Below are positions 55,381 to 64,000 of a stretch of 64,000 nt of DNA, piece by piece. A model generated the notes under the pieces. The model was not told where the DNA came from, did no database searches, and worked only from the letters and a program-made list of their open reading frames with translations. The stretch spans positions 6,997 through 70,996 of the forward strand of contig JAMPAF010000006.1 of assembly GCA_023667345.1 (NCBI GenBank), written 5' to 3'. The stretch comes from Clostridiales bacterium. Its GTDB lineage: Bacteria > Bacillota > Clostridia > Christensenellales > Borkfalkiaceae. Positions within the stretch are counted from its first letter, which is position 1, and each line of letters opens with the position of its first letter. Position numbers and translations under genes: made by a program.

Positions 55381-55557
55381 TTAATTCTTGTTTCTTTTTC
55401 TTGCCGCTTCGCTCTTTTTACGCCTCTTTACGGAAGGGGATTCGTAAAATTCTTTCTTCCTCAAATCGCCGATAATTCCGTCGCGCGAGCACTTTCTCTT
55501 AAATCTGCGAAGAGCGCTTTCAACCGACTCGTTCTCGCCCACTTTGATAGTTGACAT
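55381..55557 (-). CDS. rpsU: 30S ribosomal protein S21
   Basis: Below the track cutoff; found by hand: [70 protein letters not shown], with its own promoter and terminator. Confidence 0.9.
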   Translation of the reverse strand: MSTIKVGENESVESALRRFKRKCSRDGIIGDLRKKEFYESPSVKRRKKSEAARKRNKN

Positions 55558-55613
55558 TGATATTCACCTCCCCTTTTCAAAGGCTGTCCCCCATTTTTTC
55601 GGAACGCTTACAA

Positions 55614-55643
55614 ATTATACCAAAGCCCGCAAACAAAAGTCAA
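55614..55643 (-). promoter_or_regulatory. promoter TTGACT-18-TATAAT (TGG extended) for rpsU
   Basis: Minus-strand reading. Overlaps the terminator hairpin of the upstream transporter gene. Confidence 0.5.
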
Positions 55644-55681
55644 TCGTTTTGCGGGCTCACTTTTTATATTTTTTATTTGCT

Positions 55682-56575
55682 TTACACCGTTATTCCCGCC
55701 ACAACGCAGATAACGTTTATGACAATGCCGACTATTACGGAAATCGCGTACAGCGACACAACGAGCAGAATATTGCGCTTAATCTTTTTCGTGTTCCGCA
55801 GAAGCACCACGAGCCCGAGCCCCGCATTCGTGCACAGCCCCGCTATGCAACTGCCGAATTTAATTCCGCCCAAAACGAAGGTTTCGGTTATGACCGTCGA
55901 CGACGCGCAGTTGGGTATAAGCCCTATCGCCGCGGCGATAAACGGCTCGTAATAAGTGCCGCCGATAAGCCCCGCCGCAATTCTTTCCTCGCCAACGGCG
56001 GAAATGATAAAGCCCAAAATCAGGTTCACCATTAAAATGAACGCCGTCACTTTGAGCGCGTGAAGCAGGGGTTCGACAATATAGAGCTTTACCGACGACT
56101 TGTTTTCGTGGCTGTGACCGCACGAATAGGTGTACGCCTCGCCGCCGTCGACATGCGCGAGCGGCACGCGCTCTATTTTATCTGGCACTATCGCGTTGAC
56201 GAGATAGCCCACGGCAACCGCAACTAAAAGCTTTATTAAAATGAGCGGCAGAATCGACTGTGCGGCGTGCGCGCTTAAAGGGCTGTTGACAAGCAGAATT
56301 ATCAAAGCTTCGTCGCTGGTTGCAAGGAACACCGCCATGATAGTGCCCGTGCGTATCAGCCCCCTGTCGTAAAGCTTTGCCGCCATAACCGAAAAGCCGC
56401 ACTGCGGAACAAGCCCCGTAGCCCCGCCCAAAAGGGGAGCGAGCGGACCTTGCAGCGCGCTGCGGCTCTTGCCGGCTGCCGTGCCGTTTTCCATAAGCTC
56501 GATGAGCATATAGATTATTAAGATAAAAGGGAATACGATTGCCGTATCCTTTAACGCGTCGAGTATAACTTCCAA
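55682..56575 (-). CDS. ArsP_2-type putative metal (Mn) transporter
   Basis: About 10 TM. GLVPQCGFSVMAAKLY and FLATSDEALIIL resemble the PF11449-type permeases (from memory). Confidence 0.55.
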   Translation of the reverse strand: MEVILDALKDTAIVFPFILIIYMLIELMENGTAAGKSRSALQGPLAPLLGGATGLVPQCGFSVMAAKLYDRGLIRTGTIMAVFLATSDEALIILLVNSPLSAHAAQSILPLILIKLLVAVAVGYLVNAIVPDKIERVPLAHVDGGEAYTYSCGHSHENKSSVKLYIVEPLLHALKVTAFILMVNLILGFIISAVGEERIAAGLIGGTYYEPFIAAAIGLIPNCASSTVITETFVLGGIKFGSCIAGLCTNAGLGLVVLLRNTKKIKRNILLVVSLYAISVIVGIVINVICVVAGITV

Positions 56576-56648
56576 AACAATACCTTTACGGACTTTTAAG
56601 CCGCTATACGGTTATTGCCCGAAAACCTTACCGATATACAAATTTGCC

Positions 56649-57872
56649 TTATTTCTTCTTTTTCGGCTCGGCTTTGGGCAGCGAGAATTTCTTTTTGAGC
56701 GTCTCTTCCTCTTCGAACGCTAAGGGGGTCACGTCCGCGTCGGGGTAGTCCGTCTTTTCGTAACCCGCGTCGCGCTCCAAAAGCGTGAGCCTCGTTTCCG
56801 CGTCGAAAAGGTACGCGTGCGTCATATCCGCCGTCAGATTTACCGTATCGCCCTTATTTACGCCGTCCGCCCGAACGACAAACGAGAGCTTGCCCGCGTT
56901 GCCGTCGCAGTCGGCATAGGCGCACCCCGCAATCTCCTCCGCCGCGCTTACTGTAGCCTGCATAAAGCCGCTTTCGCCGACCGACATATCCTCGGGGCGC
57001 AAGCCCAGAATCACCTTTTTGCCCGTGCCCGCATAAGCGTCGAGGGAAGCAAAGCGCGCGGTGATATTTTCGGGCAACTGCCAGCGCACGTCGCCGTAAA
57101 CCGCGTAGACCGCCGTGCCCTCCCTTTCGATTGTCGCGCCGTTCACGAAGTTAATCGTGGGCGAACCGACGGTAAAAGCGACGAACGCGTTCGCGGGGTA
57201 ATCGTAGAGGTTTGCGGGCGTATCTATCTGCTGAATAAACCCCTCGCGGAGAACGACAATGCGCGTTGCCATGGTGAGAGCCTCGTTCACGTTTTTGGTG
57301 GCGTAAACGAAGGTGCCGTTCATTCTCACCTGCAAATTTATGAGCACCGAACGCAGTTTCTCGCGCATAGCTTTATCAAGACCGGATAAGGGGTCGTCCA
57401 AAAGATATAATTTCGGCTCCCTTGCAATCGCTCTGCCGAAAACGGCTCTCTGCTTTTGCTCGGTGGTGAGTGCCTTAGGCTTGCGGTACAGAACGTCGGT
57501 TAAACCCAAAAGCTCCGCCGCCGCCTTTACGCGCTGTTCGATTACCGTATTCGAAGTCTTGCGAAGGCGGAGTCCGTACGCAATGTTTTCGTAAACGTTG
57601 ACCGCGGGAAACAGAGTGTTGCCCTGAAATATCATCGCTATATCCCTGTCCTTCGAAGGCTCGCCCGTCACGTCCTTGTCGCCAATGAGGATTGTGCCCT
57701 CGGTCACCTCGTCGAGCCCCGCAATCAGGCGCAAGAGGGTAGTTTTGCCGCACTTTTCGCCGCCGACGACCGCAATAAACTCGCTGTCGGATAATTGAAG
57801 ATTGTTCTTGTAGAGGGCAAGCTCGCCCGAGGGATATATTTTGCTCACGCTTTTAAGCTGTAAATTTGCCAC
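56649..57872 (-). CDS. MalK/UgpC-like ABC transporter ATP-binding protein (no adjacent permease)
   Basis: Walker A GGEKCGKTT, signature LSGLDKAMR region, and a C-terminal regulatory TOBE-like domain. I start at GTG 57872 (GGGAG SD 8 nt upstream); the upstream part of the track ORF looks non-coding. Confidence 0.8.
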   Translation of the reverse strand: MANLQLKSVSKIYPSGELALYKNNLQLSDSEFIAVVGGEKCGKTTLLRLIAGLDEVTEGTILIGDKDVTGEPSKDRDIAMIFQGNTLFPAVNVYENIAYGLRLRKTSNTVIEQRVKAAAELLGLTDVLYRKPKALTTEQKQRAVFGRAIAREPKLYLLDDPLSGLDKAMREKLRSVLINLQVRMNGTFVYATKNVNEALTMATRIVVLREGFIQQIDTPANLYDYPANAFVAFTVGSPTINFVNGATIEREGTAVYAVYGDVRWQLPENITARFASLDAYAGTGKKVILGLRPEDMSVGESGFMQATVSAAEEIAGCAYADCDGNAGKLSFVVRADGVNKGDTVNLTADMTHAYLFDAETRLTLLERDAGYEKTDYPDADVTPLAFEEEETLKKKFSLPKAEPKKKK

Positions 57873-58001
57873 AGTTGTCACTCCCGCCGTTATATTCTTT
57901 TTTTCAATAATACCACGAATTGAATTTTTTACCAACCGCTGAGAGCTTATTTTTAAAAATTTATAAAATTTTTTCGCTTTGGCGTGACCGCCGCGTTTTC
58001 C

Positions 58002-58030
58002 TTGCAAAAACCGAACGCTTGCTGTACAAT
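58002..58030 (+). promoter_or_regulatory. promoter TTGCAA-17-TACAAT abutting the queH start
   Basis: The -10 box ends 1 nt before ATG 58031 and 6 nt before ATG 58037. Confidence 0.45.
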
Positions 58031-58636
58031 ATGGGTATGAACGCAGTCAACTACAATGCCGAAATGCGCAAAATAACAGAGAGCTTAAACGGCGAAAAAA
58101 AGAAACTGTTGTTGCACGCGTGCTGCGCTCCGTGCTCTTCCGCCTGCCTTGAAAGGCTTAAAGACTTTTTCGACGTGACGGTCTTTTTCTACAACCCCAA
58201 CATCGAGAACGGGGAATACGCAAAGCGCAAGGCGGAGCTTATCCGCTTAATTGCCGAAACGGGCTGGGCGAATATTTCGGATTGCGGGCACGACACCTCC
58301 GCCTTTTACGCGGCGGTTCGCGGCTACGAAAATTGCAAAGAAGGCGGAGAAAGGTGCGAAAAGTGCTTTAAACTGCGCCTTAGCGAAACGGCGAAAGCCG
58401 CGGCGGCGGGCGGCTTCGACTACTTTTGCACCACCCTTACGCTAAGCCCTTTAAAGGACGCGAAACTCATAAATTCAATCGGGGCGGAGCTTGCAAAGGA
58501 ACACGGCGTAAGCTGGCTGTTTTCGGATTTTAAGAAGGAAAACGGGTATTTGCGGAGTTTGCAGCTCTCGAAAGAGCACTCGCTTTACCGCCAAAACTAT
58601 TGCGGTTGCGTATTCTCGCAAAAACCGCTTGATTAA
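58031..58636 (+). CDS. queH: epoxyqueuosine reductase QueH (DUF208)
   Basis: LLLHACCAPCSS and NYCGCVFS cysteine motifs. Start ATG 58031 or 58037. Confidence 0.85.
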   Translation: MGMNAVNYNAEMRKITESLNGEKKKLLLHACCAPCSSACLERLKDFFDVTVFFYNPNIENGEYAKRKAELIRLIAETGWANISDCGHDTSAFYAAVRGYENCKEGGERCEKCFKLRLSETAKAAAAGGFDYFCTTLTLSPLKDAKLINSIGAELAKEHGVSWLFSDFKKENGYLRSLQLSKEHSLYRQNYCGCVFSQKPLD

Positions 58637-58663
58637 AATTGCACAGCGTGGTAAAATTTAATC

Positions 58664-58840
58664 AATTTAGAATTAGAAATTCGGAATTCGTAATTAACCC
58701 CCACCACCGCTACGCGGAGCCTCCCCCTTGAAAAGGGGTATGCCGCGGGTTGCGACAGACAAGGCTCACCCCTTAGTAAGGGGGGAGCTGTCACGCAAGT
58801 GACAGAGGGGGGGGTATATAATTCAGTATTCCGCATTAAA
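58664..58840 (+). repeat. full element: H array (58664-58698), Q core (58696-58818), degenerate inverted H units
   Basis: AATTTAG AATTAGA AATTCGG AATTCGT AATTAAC; AACCCCCACCACCGCTACGCGGAGCCTCCCCCTTGAAAAGGGGTATGCCGCGGGTTGCG...GGGGGGAGCTGTCACGCAAGTGACAGAGGGGGGGGTATA. Sits in the 5' UTR of the transcarbamylase gene. Confidence 0.9.
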
Positions 58841-58850
58841 CGAGGCTACT

Positions 58851-59789
58851 ATGGACATCAACAGATATTCACCGAGCTATTCGGTAAACCAAAAACATAT
58901 GACGCGGCTCGCCGACTATTCCACCGAGGAATTGTTCGAGCTTTTGTACGCCGCAAAACAGATGAAAGCCAAATTCGCCGCGCACGAAAACACGGCGATT
59001 TTACAGGGCGTCACCATCGCGCTACTCTTCGGCGACTCGTCGCTGCGCACCCGCTCGGCACTCGAAATAGGTATCCGCCAGCTCGGCGGCGAGAGCGTGA
59101 ATCTTCCTTACAGCGAAAAGGATATGCGCGCGGGCGAAAACATTAAGGACGTAGTAAACGTTATCTGCCGCTACGGCGTGGGCGCGCTTATAACCCGCGG
59201 CATCGCGCAGAGCGAGCTCGACAACTTCGCCGAAGTGTCGCCCATACCCGTAATAAATTCGACAAACTCCGACTTCGTGCCCATGCAAGCGCTGAGCGAT
59301 TTGTTCACGATATGGGAAATGAAAAAGAAATTAGAGGGCGTGAAGCTCGCGTTTATAGGAAAGGGCACGAACGTTGCCGCATCTCTTCTTATGGGCGCGG
59401 TCAAGTGCGGAATGGAAGTTTCGGTGGCAACGCCCGAAACGTTCACGGTTAAAACGGCGCATTTGGAACGCGCCGAACAGTACGGCAACATTACCATAAC
59501 CGACGACCCTCTGTTTGCTGCAAAGAACGCCGACGTTATCTATACCGACAGCTACCACTACCATTCGCAGCTTTCGGAAGAGGAAGCCGAAGCGCTCGCC
59601 CCGTACAGAGTGAACAACCGCATAATGGCAGCCGCGGCGGGCACCGCGATATTTATGCACCCCTTGCCCGCGCGCCGCGGCGTAGAGGTTTCGCCCGAGG
59701 TAATAGACGGCAAACAGAGCGTGGTTTACACCCAAGCCGAAAACAAACTGCACGCCATAAAAGCGATACTTGCCTTGCTTATTAAGTGA
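58851..59789 (+). CDS. aspartate/ornithine carbamoyltransferase-family protein (divergent)
   Basis: Carbamoyl-phosphate motifs SLRTR and HPLP are present. The HPxQ position reads VPMQ. No OTC-type SMG loop is seen. Confidence 0.75.
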   Translation: MDINRYSPSYSVNQKHMTRLADYSTEELFELLYAAKQMKAKFAAHENTAILQGVTIALLFGDSSLRTRSALEIGIRQLGGESVNLPYSEKDMRAGENIKDVVNVICRYGVGALITRGIAQSELDNFAEVSPIPVINSTNSDFVPMQALSDLFTIWEMKKKLEGVKLAFIGKGTNVAASLLMGAVKCGMEVSVATPETFTVKTAHLERAEQYGNITITDDPLFAAKNADVIYTDSYHYHSQLSEEEAEALAPYRVNNRIMAAAAGTAIFMHPLPARRGVEVSPEVIDGKQSVVYTQAENKLHAIKAILALLIK

Positions 59790-59811
59790 CAAGCGTGCCA
59801 TTGAAAATCAT

Positions 59812-59850
59812 AAAGCCGCGCGGCGTTAATCTAACGCCGCGCGGCTTTTA
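59812..59850 (+). terminator. terminator after the transcarbamylase gene
   Basis: 17-bp stem AAAGCCGCGCGGCGTTA-atc-TAACGCCGCGCGGCTTT, then TTA. Confidence 0.7.
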
Positions 59851-59860
59851 CCTTGTTGTG

Positions 59861-60050
59861 ACCTTCCCCTTAGGGGGAAGGTGGCATTTTCGAGGAACGA
59901 GAAATGTCGGATGAGGGGTTGGCTCTTATAAACCTACTAACCCCTCATCCGTCCCAACCTTACGGTTGCGACACCTTCCCCCTAAGGGGAAGGTTAAATT
60001 GCGGATAAATTATTTAATTTTACCTTAATTCTTAATTCTACCTTAATTAC
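59861..60050 (+). repeat. type I P core (59861-59994), linker GCGGATAAATTATTTA, inverted H units (60024-60050)
   Basis: P2 resembles the 27001 copy, while P3-P5 are as in the 24384 copy. The array covers the metallophosphoesterase stop codon. Confidence 0.9.
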
Positions 60051-60831
60051 TAATTGTAATAACCACTATTTCCGGTCGGTTAAAAAGGCGCAACGGGCAC
60101 TGCGAATTGCCCAGTCCGCGAGAGATTACCTGCCGCATATTTCCGCACGAATGTATTCCCGAACAGTATTTGGGGAACAGTCCCTGCCCCGGTGAATAGA
60201 TGCCTATTTTCGTAAACGGCACCCGCCACTGACCGCCGTGCGCGTGCCCGCATAAAGTTAAATCGTACCCCGCCAAAGAGTACCTTTCGATATACTGCGG
60301 AAGGTGGGTTAAAAGCAGATTGAACCCCTCTTCTGCGCACAGCGAAAAGAAGCCGCCGCACTTTATTTTGGCGCAGTTTACGCCCGCAATATTTATGCCG
60401 AACGCCTCTATGCACTCGCCCTCAGGCACGGTTGCGCCCGCCTCTTTTATCCGCTCTTTAAGTGTGCGGTACTCCGTGCTCCGCATTTCGTGGTTGCCGC
60501 TTACGTAGTACACGGGCGCGATTTTGCAAAGCTCCTTTATAATCGCCAGCGCGACGGCGATATCGCGCGCGCGGTACTTATGGATAATATCGCCGGTGAT
60601 TGCGATAAAGTCGGGGCTCTCCCTTTCTATCTTTTTCAAAAGCCGCTTATTCCCCTTGCCGAACGACTTGCCGTGCAAATCGGAAAGGTGGACTATCTTA
60701 ACCCCCTTTTCGGGCGCTTTTTCGCTTTCGACTTTATACCGCGTAATTGTTATTAAGTTGTTGGAGTACAGGCAAAACAGCGCTATAAGCACAACGCCCG
60801 CAACACACCCCAAAGTTATATACAGCCACAT
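60043..60831 (-). CDS. membrane-anchored metallophosphoesterase (YkuE-like)
   Basis: N-terminal TM. HLSDLHG, GDIIH, GNHE, and GHAHGG calcineurin-like motifs. ATG abuts the trmB stop (TGAATG). Confidence 0.85.
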   Translation of the reverse strand: MWLYITLGCVAGVVLIALFCLYSNNLITITRYKVESEKAPEKGVKIVHLSDLHGKSFGKGNKRLLKKIERESPDFIAITGDIIHKYRARDIAVALAIIKELCKIAPVYYVSGNHEMRSTEYRTLKERIKEAGATVPEGECIEAFGINIAGVNCAKIKCGGFFSLCAEEGFNLLLTHLPQYIERYSLAGYDLTLCGHAHGGQWRVPFTKIGIYSPGQGLFPKYCSGIHSCGNMRQVISRGLGNSQCPLRLFNRPEIVVITISN

Positions 60832-61500
60832 TCAGTTCTTTGCAACTATCCTGTAAATATTTTTGCCCATATCGGCAAACTTTTTTTCGTGCTCGGTCAC
60901 AATGTTTTCCCCGTCGTTCAAGGCGTGCAGGTCCTCGCACTTTTCAACTATTTCAAAGCCGCACTCCTCAAAACTTTGAAGCGAAAATTTATAAAAATCG
61001 CCGTCGTCAGTCTTTTGCACAATCTCCCCGCCGCTCTTTAAAAACAGCTTGTATTCCCGCAGAAATTTGGGGTGCGTGAGCCGCTGTTTCGCATACCCGA
61101 GCTTGGGCAAGGGGTTGGAAAAATTCAGATAAATTTTGTCTATGCTCCCCTCTTTCAGATAGCGCGGCAACACCTCGGCGGCGCTGTTTATGAAGTGAAC
61201 GTTTGTAAGCCCCTCTTCCTTCGCGCGCTCTACCGCCTCTATTAAAACGTTCGAAATTTTTTCGACGGCAATAAAGTTGATATCGGGGCGACGGGCGGCA
61301 AGCTCGCAGATAAATTTACCTTTTCCGCAACCTATTTCGAGGTGTACGGGGTTATTATTGCCGAAAATTTCGGCAAAATTCAGCTCATCTTTTTGCGCCG
61401 CGGCGTTTTTCATATTTTTATCGGCTAAATCGGCGGCCGTCAAAAGCGACCCGCACGCCGACAACCTTTCGTCCAAATGTGATTTTCTGTGCATTCTCAT
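60832..61500 (-). CDS. trmB: tRNA (guanine46-N7)-methyltransferase
   Basis: LEIGCGKGKF SAM motif, YLNFSNPLPK, and HEKKF. Start trimmed to ATG 61500. Confidence 0.9.
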   Translation of the reverse strand: MRMHRKSHLDERLSACGSLLTAADLADKNMKNAAAQKDELNFAEIFGNNNPVHLEIGCGKGKFICELAARRPDINFIAVEKISNVLIEAVERAKEEGLTNVHFINSAAEVLPRYLKEGSIDKIYLNFSNPLPKLGYAKQRLTHPKFLREYKLFLKSGGEIVQKTDDGDFYKFSLQSFEECGFEIVEKCEDLHALNDGENIVTEHEKKFADMGKNIYRIVAKN

Positions 61501-61706
61501 AACGCAGATTTTACCACACAAACGCGCCTTCCCGCAAGTGAAATGTTCACGTATTAATTTTATTTTTATTTTGAATAGCCGCGTTTTATGCACGCCGCTT
61601 TTGCTTACAAATAAGCGTCGGGTGAAAATAATTAAATTAACGGGGCATTGAAAAGCCTTTTTTATTGCGTCGGGTGGACTTTTAAAAGCCCCGAAAGGAG
61701 TAAAAA

Positions 61707-62255
61707 ATGACCGTTATTGAAATTATAGACGCCTTTACGTTTTACGGGCTCGATATCATTGCGCTTGCCGCGGCAACGAGCGTTTTCGTGCAGATTTTAA
61801 AGCTTACGCTGCTTAAAAACTGCCAGAAAAAGGTCGTTACCTTTCTGCCCTTTCTGATAGGCGCGCTCCTCTACACAGGTTACAGCGCGCTTGTCAATCT
61901 AAGCTTCCGCTACGTCATAGACAACTACGTAGACGTGCTCGAACACGGCTTTTCGGTGGGCGCGCTTTCCACCCTTATCTACGTTTGGTACGAGCAGTTT
62001 GTGCGCAACAAAACCAAGGGGAGCGCGACAGCGGGCGTGATATCCACTCTGATAGAGGAATACGTTCCCAAGGAAGAGGTTGAAAAGATTGCGGCGGATA
62101 TTGCGCACGCTATCGAAAAGGACGTTACGGGCGACGGAGCTAAAAAGTGTGCGGAAATTTTGGCGGCGCACAGCCTCGAAGAGGTGACGGAAAACGATAT
62201 AAAGGTGCTCTCGCGCCTTATTATCGAAACGCTTGCGCATATCGGCACGTCTTGA
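61707..62255 (+). CDS. hypothetical membrane protein (182 aa)
   Basis: AAAGGAG SD. 3-4 TM segments, then an acidic helical tail. A terminator follows. Confidence 0.6.
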   Translation: MTVIEIIDAFTFYGLDIIALAAATSVFVQILKLTLLKNCQKKVVTFLPFLIGALLYTGYSALVNLSFRYVIDNYVDVLEHGFSVGALSTLIYVWYEQFVRNKTKGSATAGVISTLIEEYVPKEEVEKIAADIAHAIEKDVTGDGAKKCAEILAAHSLEEVTENDIKVLSRLIIETLAHIGTS

Positions 62256-62275
62256 TATTTATACCGTAAAACAGC

Positions 62276-62311
62276 GATATCCACCCCTCCGCGGGTGGAT
62301 ATCTGCGTTTT
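62276..62311 (+). terminator. intrinsic terminator after the 182-aa membrane protein gene
   Basis: GATATCCACCC-6 nt-GGGTGGATATC plus TGCGTTTT. Confidence 0.75.
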
Positions 62312-62354
62312 AAAAGCGAATATAATTATACACTTTTACAAGCTTATAGGAGCG

Positions 62355-62823
62355 TGTCATTTCGAGCGATTGAGAATCCCGCGTAGCGGGTTCGATTGAG
62401 TCGAGAGAATCCCCTCGTGGTAATACGTGAAAAATTGGGAAGTGATATCACCTTAAATAACATTGTAATGTGGCAAGATTAGTTTTGCGCGAGAAAGGGC
62501 GCGCAAAAAGATTCTTCGACTGCAAGCGGGAAAACTTTATTATTTCATCTTACTTTATCATACCGCTTTTCGCTCAGAATGACAGTTGGCGGTGATACCG
62601 CTTTTTCGCTACTCCGTGCCGCCTGCGGCGGGGCAGAATGACGGATTGAGAATTGCTTTCGCTACTGCGGACAAAGGCATACCCCTTTTCATTCTTTACG
62701 AAAGTAAGTTTAAGATAATAAGAAGATTTGGGTGCAGCGACACGCTGCCTCCCGCGTAACGGGTGGTGGGGGTTTCATTCTGAATTCTGAATTCTAAATT
62801 CTGAATTCTTAATTCTTAATTCT
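62355..62823 (-). repeat. T4 plus inverted T composite (62355-62643), Q fragment (62677-62775), 7-unit H array (62775-62823)
   Basis: GTGTCATTTCGAGCGATTGAGAATCCCGCGTAGCGGGTTCGATTGAG...; CGCTCAGAATGAC...GGGGCAGAATGACGG; GGGTGGTGGGGGTT. The array ends 2-4 nt before the gerXC stop. Confidence 0.85.
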
Positions 62824-62825
62824 CT

Positions 62826-64000
62826 TCATCCGTTCGATTTAAGCTTTATCTCGCACTTGGGTTTAGCCTTGCTTAACAGCTCGTCCGAATACTTGTCGTA
62901 CTTTTTGTAAAAGTTTTTATAAAGCTGCGTTCTGAGCCCCAAAACGTCGCAATCGAGCGTCTTAACGCTCTCGAAAAGGCTTTCGAAAAGGTTGCAGATT
63001 TTTTCTTCCCCCTGCTTTAAAACCTCTTTTTTGACGTTCGCCTTTTTCGCGTCCTCGGGCGAGAAGCCCTCGCCCCCGTCCTGTATTTTAGCGGTGGCTT
63101 TGAACGAGAATTCAACTACGGGTTCGCCGTTTTCAATCTTTAAACCGACGCCGCCCTTGCAATTGCGCAAGCCCAAAATTTTGACCTCCTGCTCCCCGCC
63201 GCTCTCTACGAACGCGTGACGCACTTCGTTGAACAAAAGATTGAGCGCGAAGGTCTGCTCAACGGGCAGAACGCCCTTGAAATAGCCCTTTGAAAACACG
63301 GCGCACTTGTTGCACGTGAGCTCGCTCTCTTCGCACTGCTGACTGCCGCCTCCGCCGCTATCGCCCCCGCCGCTTCCGCCGCTCTCGCCTCCGCCGCCTT
63401 CCTCTTCAACCTTGCCGTTTTCAAGATAGGGCATATAGCACGCCTCACTCTTGGAAAACAGCTTTTCGCCTATATCTTTAACAGTAGCCGCGGCGACGTT
63501 GCCCGAAGCCTGCGCCTCGGACGAGAGCAGCTTGTCTATGACGTCGGTTGCCGAGTTGCCGCAAGGAAACTGTTGGGCAATAAGCTCGGAAGCCTTCCCC
63601 TCGCACGCCGCCACGCTTAGAGTGAGCCCCGTGTATTCGTTGCGGTAAAAGTAGTCCAAAAGCGTTTTGATATCCTCTTTAAAACAGCTTTCGCCGAGAA
63701 TTATGAGCTTGCAAAAGACGAGCTTAGGGTAAAAGCCCGTTTTAACGTTCACCTCGTTTAAAGCCGCCGCGACCGTCGAGCCCTTGCCCGTGACCACGTT
63801 GAACTTTGTGTTTTCGCCGTTTTCGGCGGGTTGAGGCACGGCGAGTTGCGCGGTAAGCACGACCTCTTCCTCCTCAATATCCAGCCCCACGCCTATTACG
63901 ACCGAGGTTTTACGCAAGTCCAGAAGTCCGAAATCGTTGGTAAAAAACAGAAAGGACAGCACCGCGAATATTAATAGATAGAAAATTGTAAGCGAACGCT
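62826..64000 (-). CDS. Ger(x)C-family spore germination protein (5' end off the right edge)
   Basis: The frame stays open to the window end. LDLRKTSVVIGVGLD...LTAQLAVPQ and the C-terminal part match the GerAC/GerBC pattern. Contains a Gly/Ser insertion. Confidence 0.8.
   Translation of the reverse strand, partial: RSLTIFYLLIFAVLSFLFFTNDFGLLDLRKTSVVIGVGLDIEEEEVVLTAQLAVPQPAENGENTKFNVVTGKGSTVAAALNEVNVKTGFYPKLVFCKLIILGESCFKEDIKTLLDYFYRNEYTGLTLSVAACEGKASELIAQQFPCGNSATDVIDKLLSSEAQASGNVAAATVKDIGEKLFSKSEACYMPYLENGKVEEEGGGGESGGSGGGDSGGGGSQQCEESELTCNKCAVFSKGYFKGVLPVEQTFALNLLFNEVRHAFVESGGEQEVKILGLRNCKGGVGLKIENGEPVVEFSFKATAKIQDGGEGFSPEDAKKANVKKEVLKQGEEKICNLFESLFESVKTLDCDVLGLRTQLYKNFYKKYDKYSDELLSKAKPKCEIKLKSNG

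Noticed and set aside
56576-56648. Possible Mn (yybP-ykoY) riboswitch upstream of the ArsP_2-type transporter, or a preQ1 riboswitch near queH.
   Set aside because: The available leaders (73 nt, and essentially none for queH) are too short. I saw none of the conserved motifs.

Overview
This 64-kb chromosomal segment looks like a spore-forming, moderately GC-rich Firmicute (Clostridia-like). Supporting this are a Ger(x)C germination protein and the conserved clusters obg-yhbY-nadD/yqeK-rsfS, secG-rnr-smpB, pcrA-ligA and pgk-tpiA-gpmI. I call 58 protein genes. Nearly all are housekeeping: translation factors and aminoacyl-tRNA synthetases, glycolysis, Met/SAM metabolism, DNA repair, and Rho. 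Two of them (rpsU, a DUF1540 mini-protein) and one edge-truncated membrane protein are missing from the supplied ORF track. I found no rRNA, tRNA, tmRNA, CRISPR array, transposase, integrase or recognisable defence gene.

The unusual content is non-coding. Almost every intergenic gap longer than about 150 bp is filled by a modular family of hairpin-chain repeats. I gave the modules ad hoc names:
- H: tandem heptamer arrays AATTNNG.
- P, Q, T, U: hairpin modules.
- L: a roughly 200-nt element.

These modules re-assort between loci. Copies differ by paired (stem-preserving) substitutions. H arrays form inverted termini, repeatedly overlap the stop codons of flanking genes, and in three cases the L element supplies the Shine-Dalgarno sequence of an essential gene.

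Other points:
- An AT-rich 1.8-kb islet sits between tyrA and pgk. Part of it is bracketed by a diverged 70-bp direct duplication of the tyrA 5' end.
- pcrA is bracketed by 96 percent identical inverted repeats.
- A SAM-I-like riboswitch precedes metK.
- Several genes have promoter/ATG spacing suggesting leaderless or near-leaderless mRNAs.
- There are a few atypical proteins: a PcrA with a G/S/Y-rich linker, a Pgk with a Lys-rich insertion, a NadD-YqeK fusion, and a divergent transcarbamylase.

All family assignments come from reading motifs by eye. No database search or folding program was run, and identities are hand alignments.
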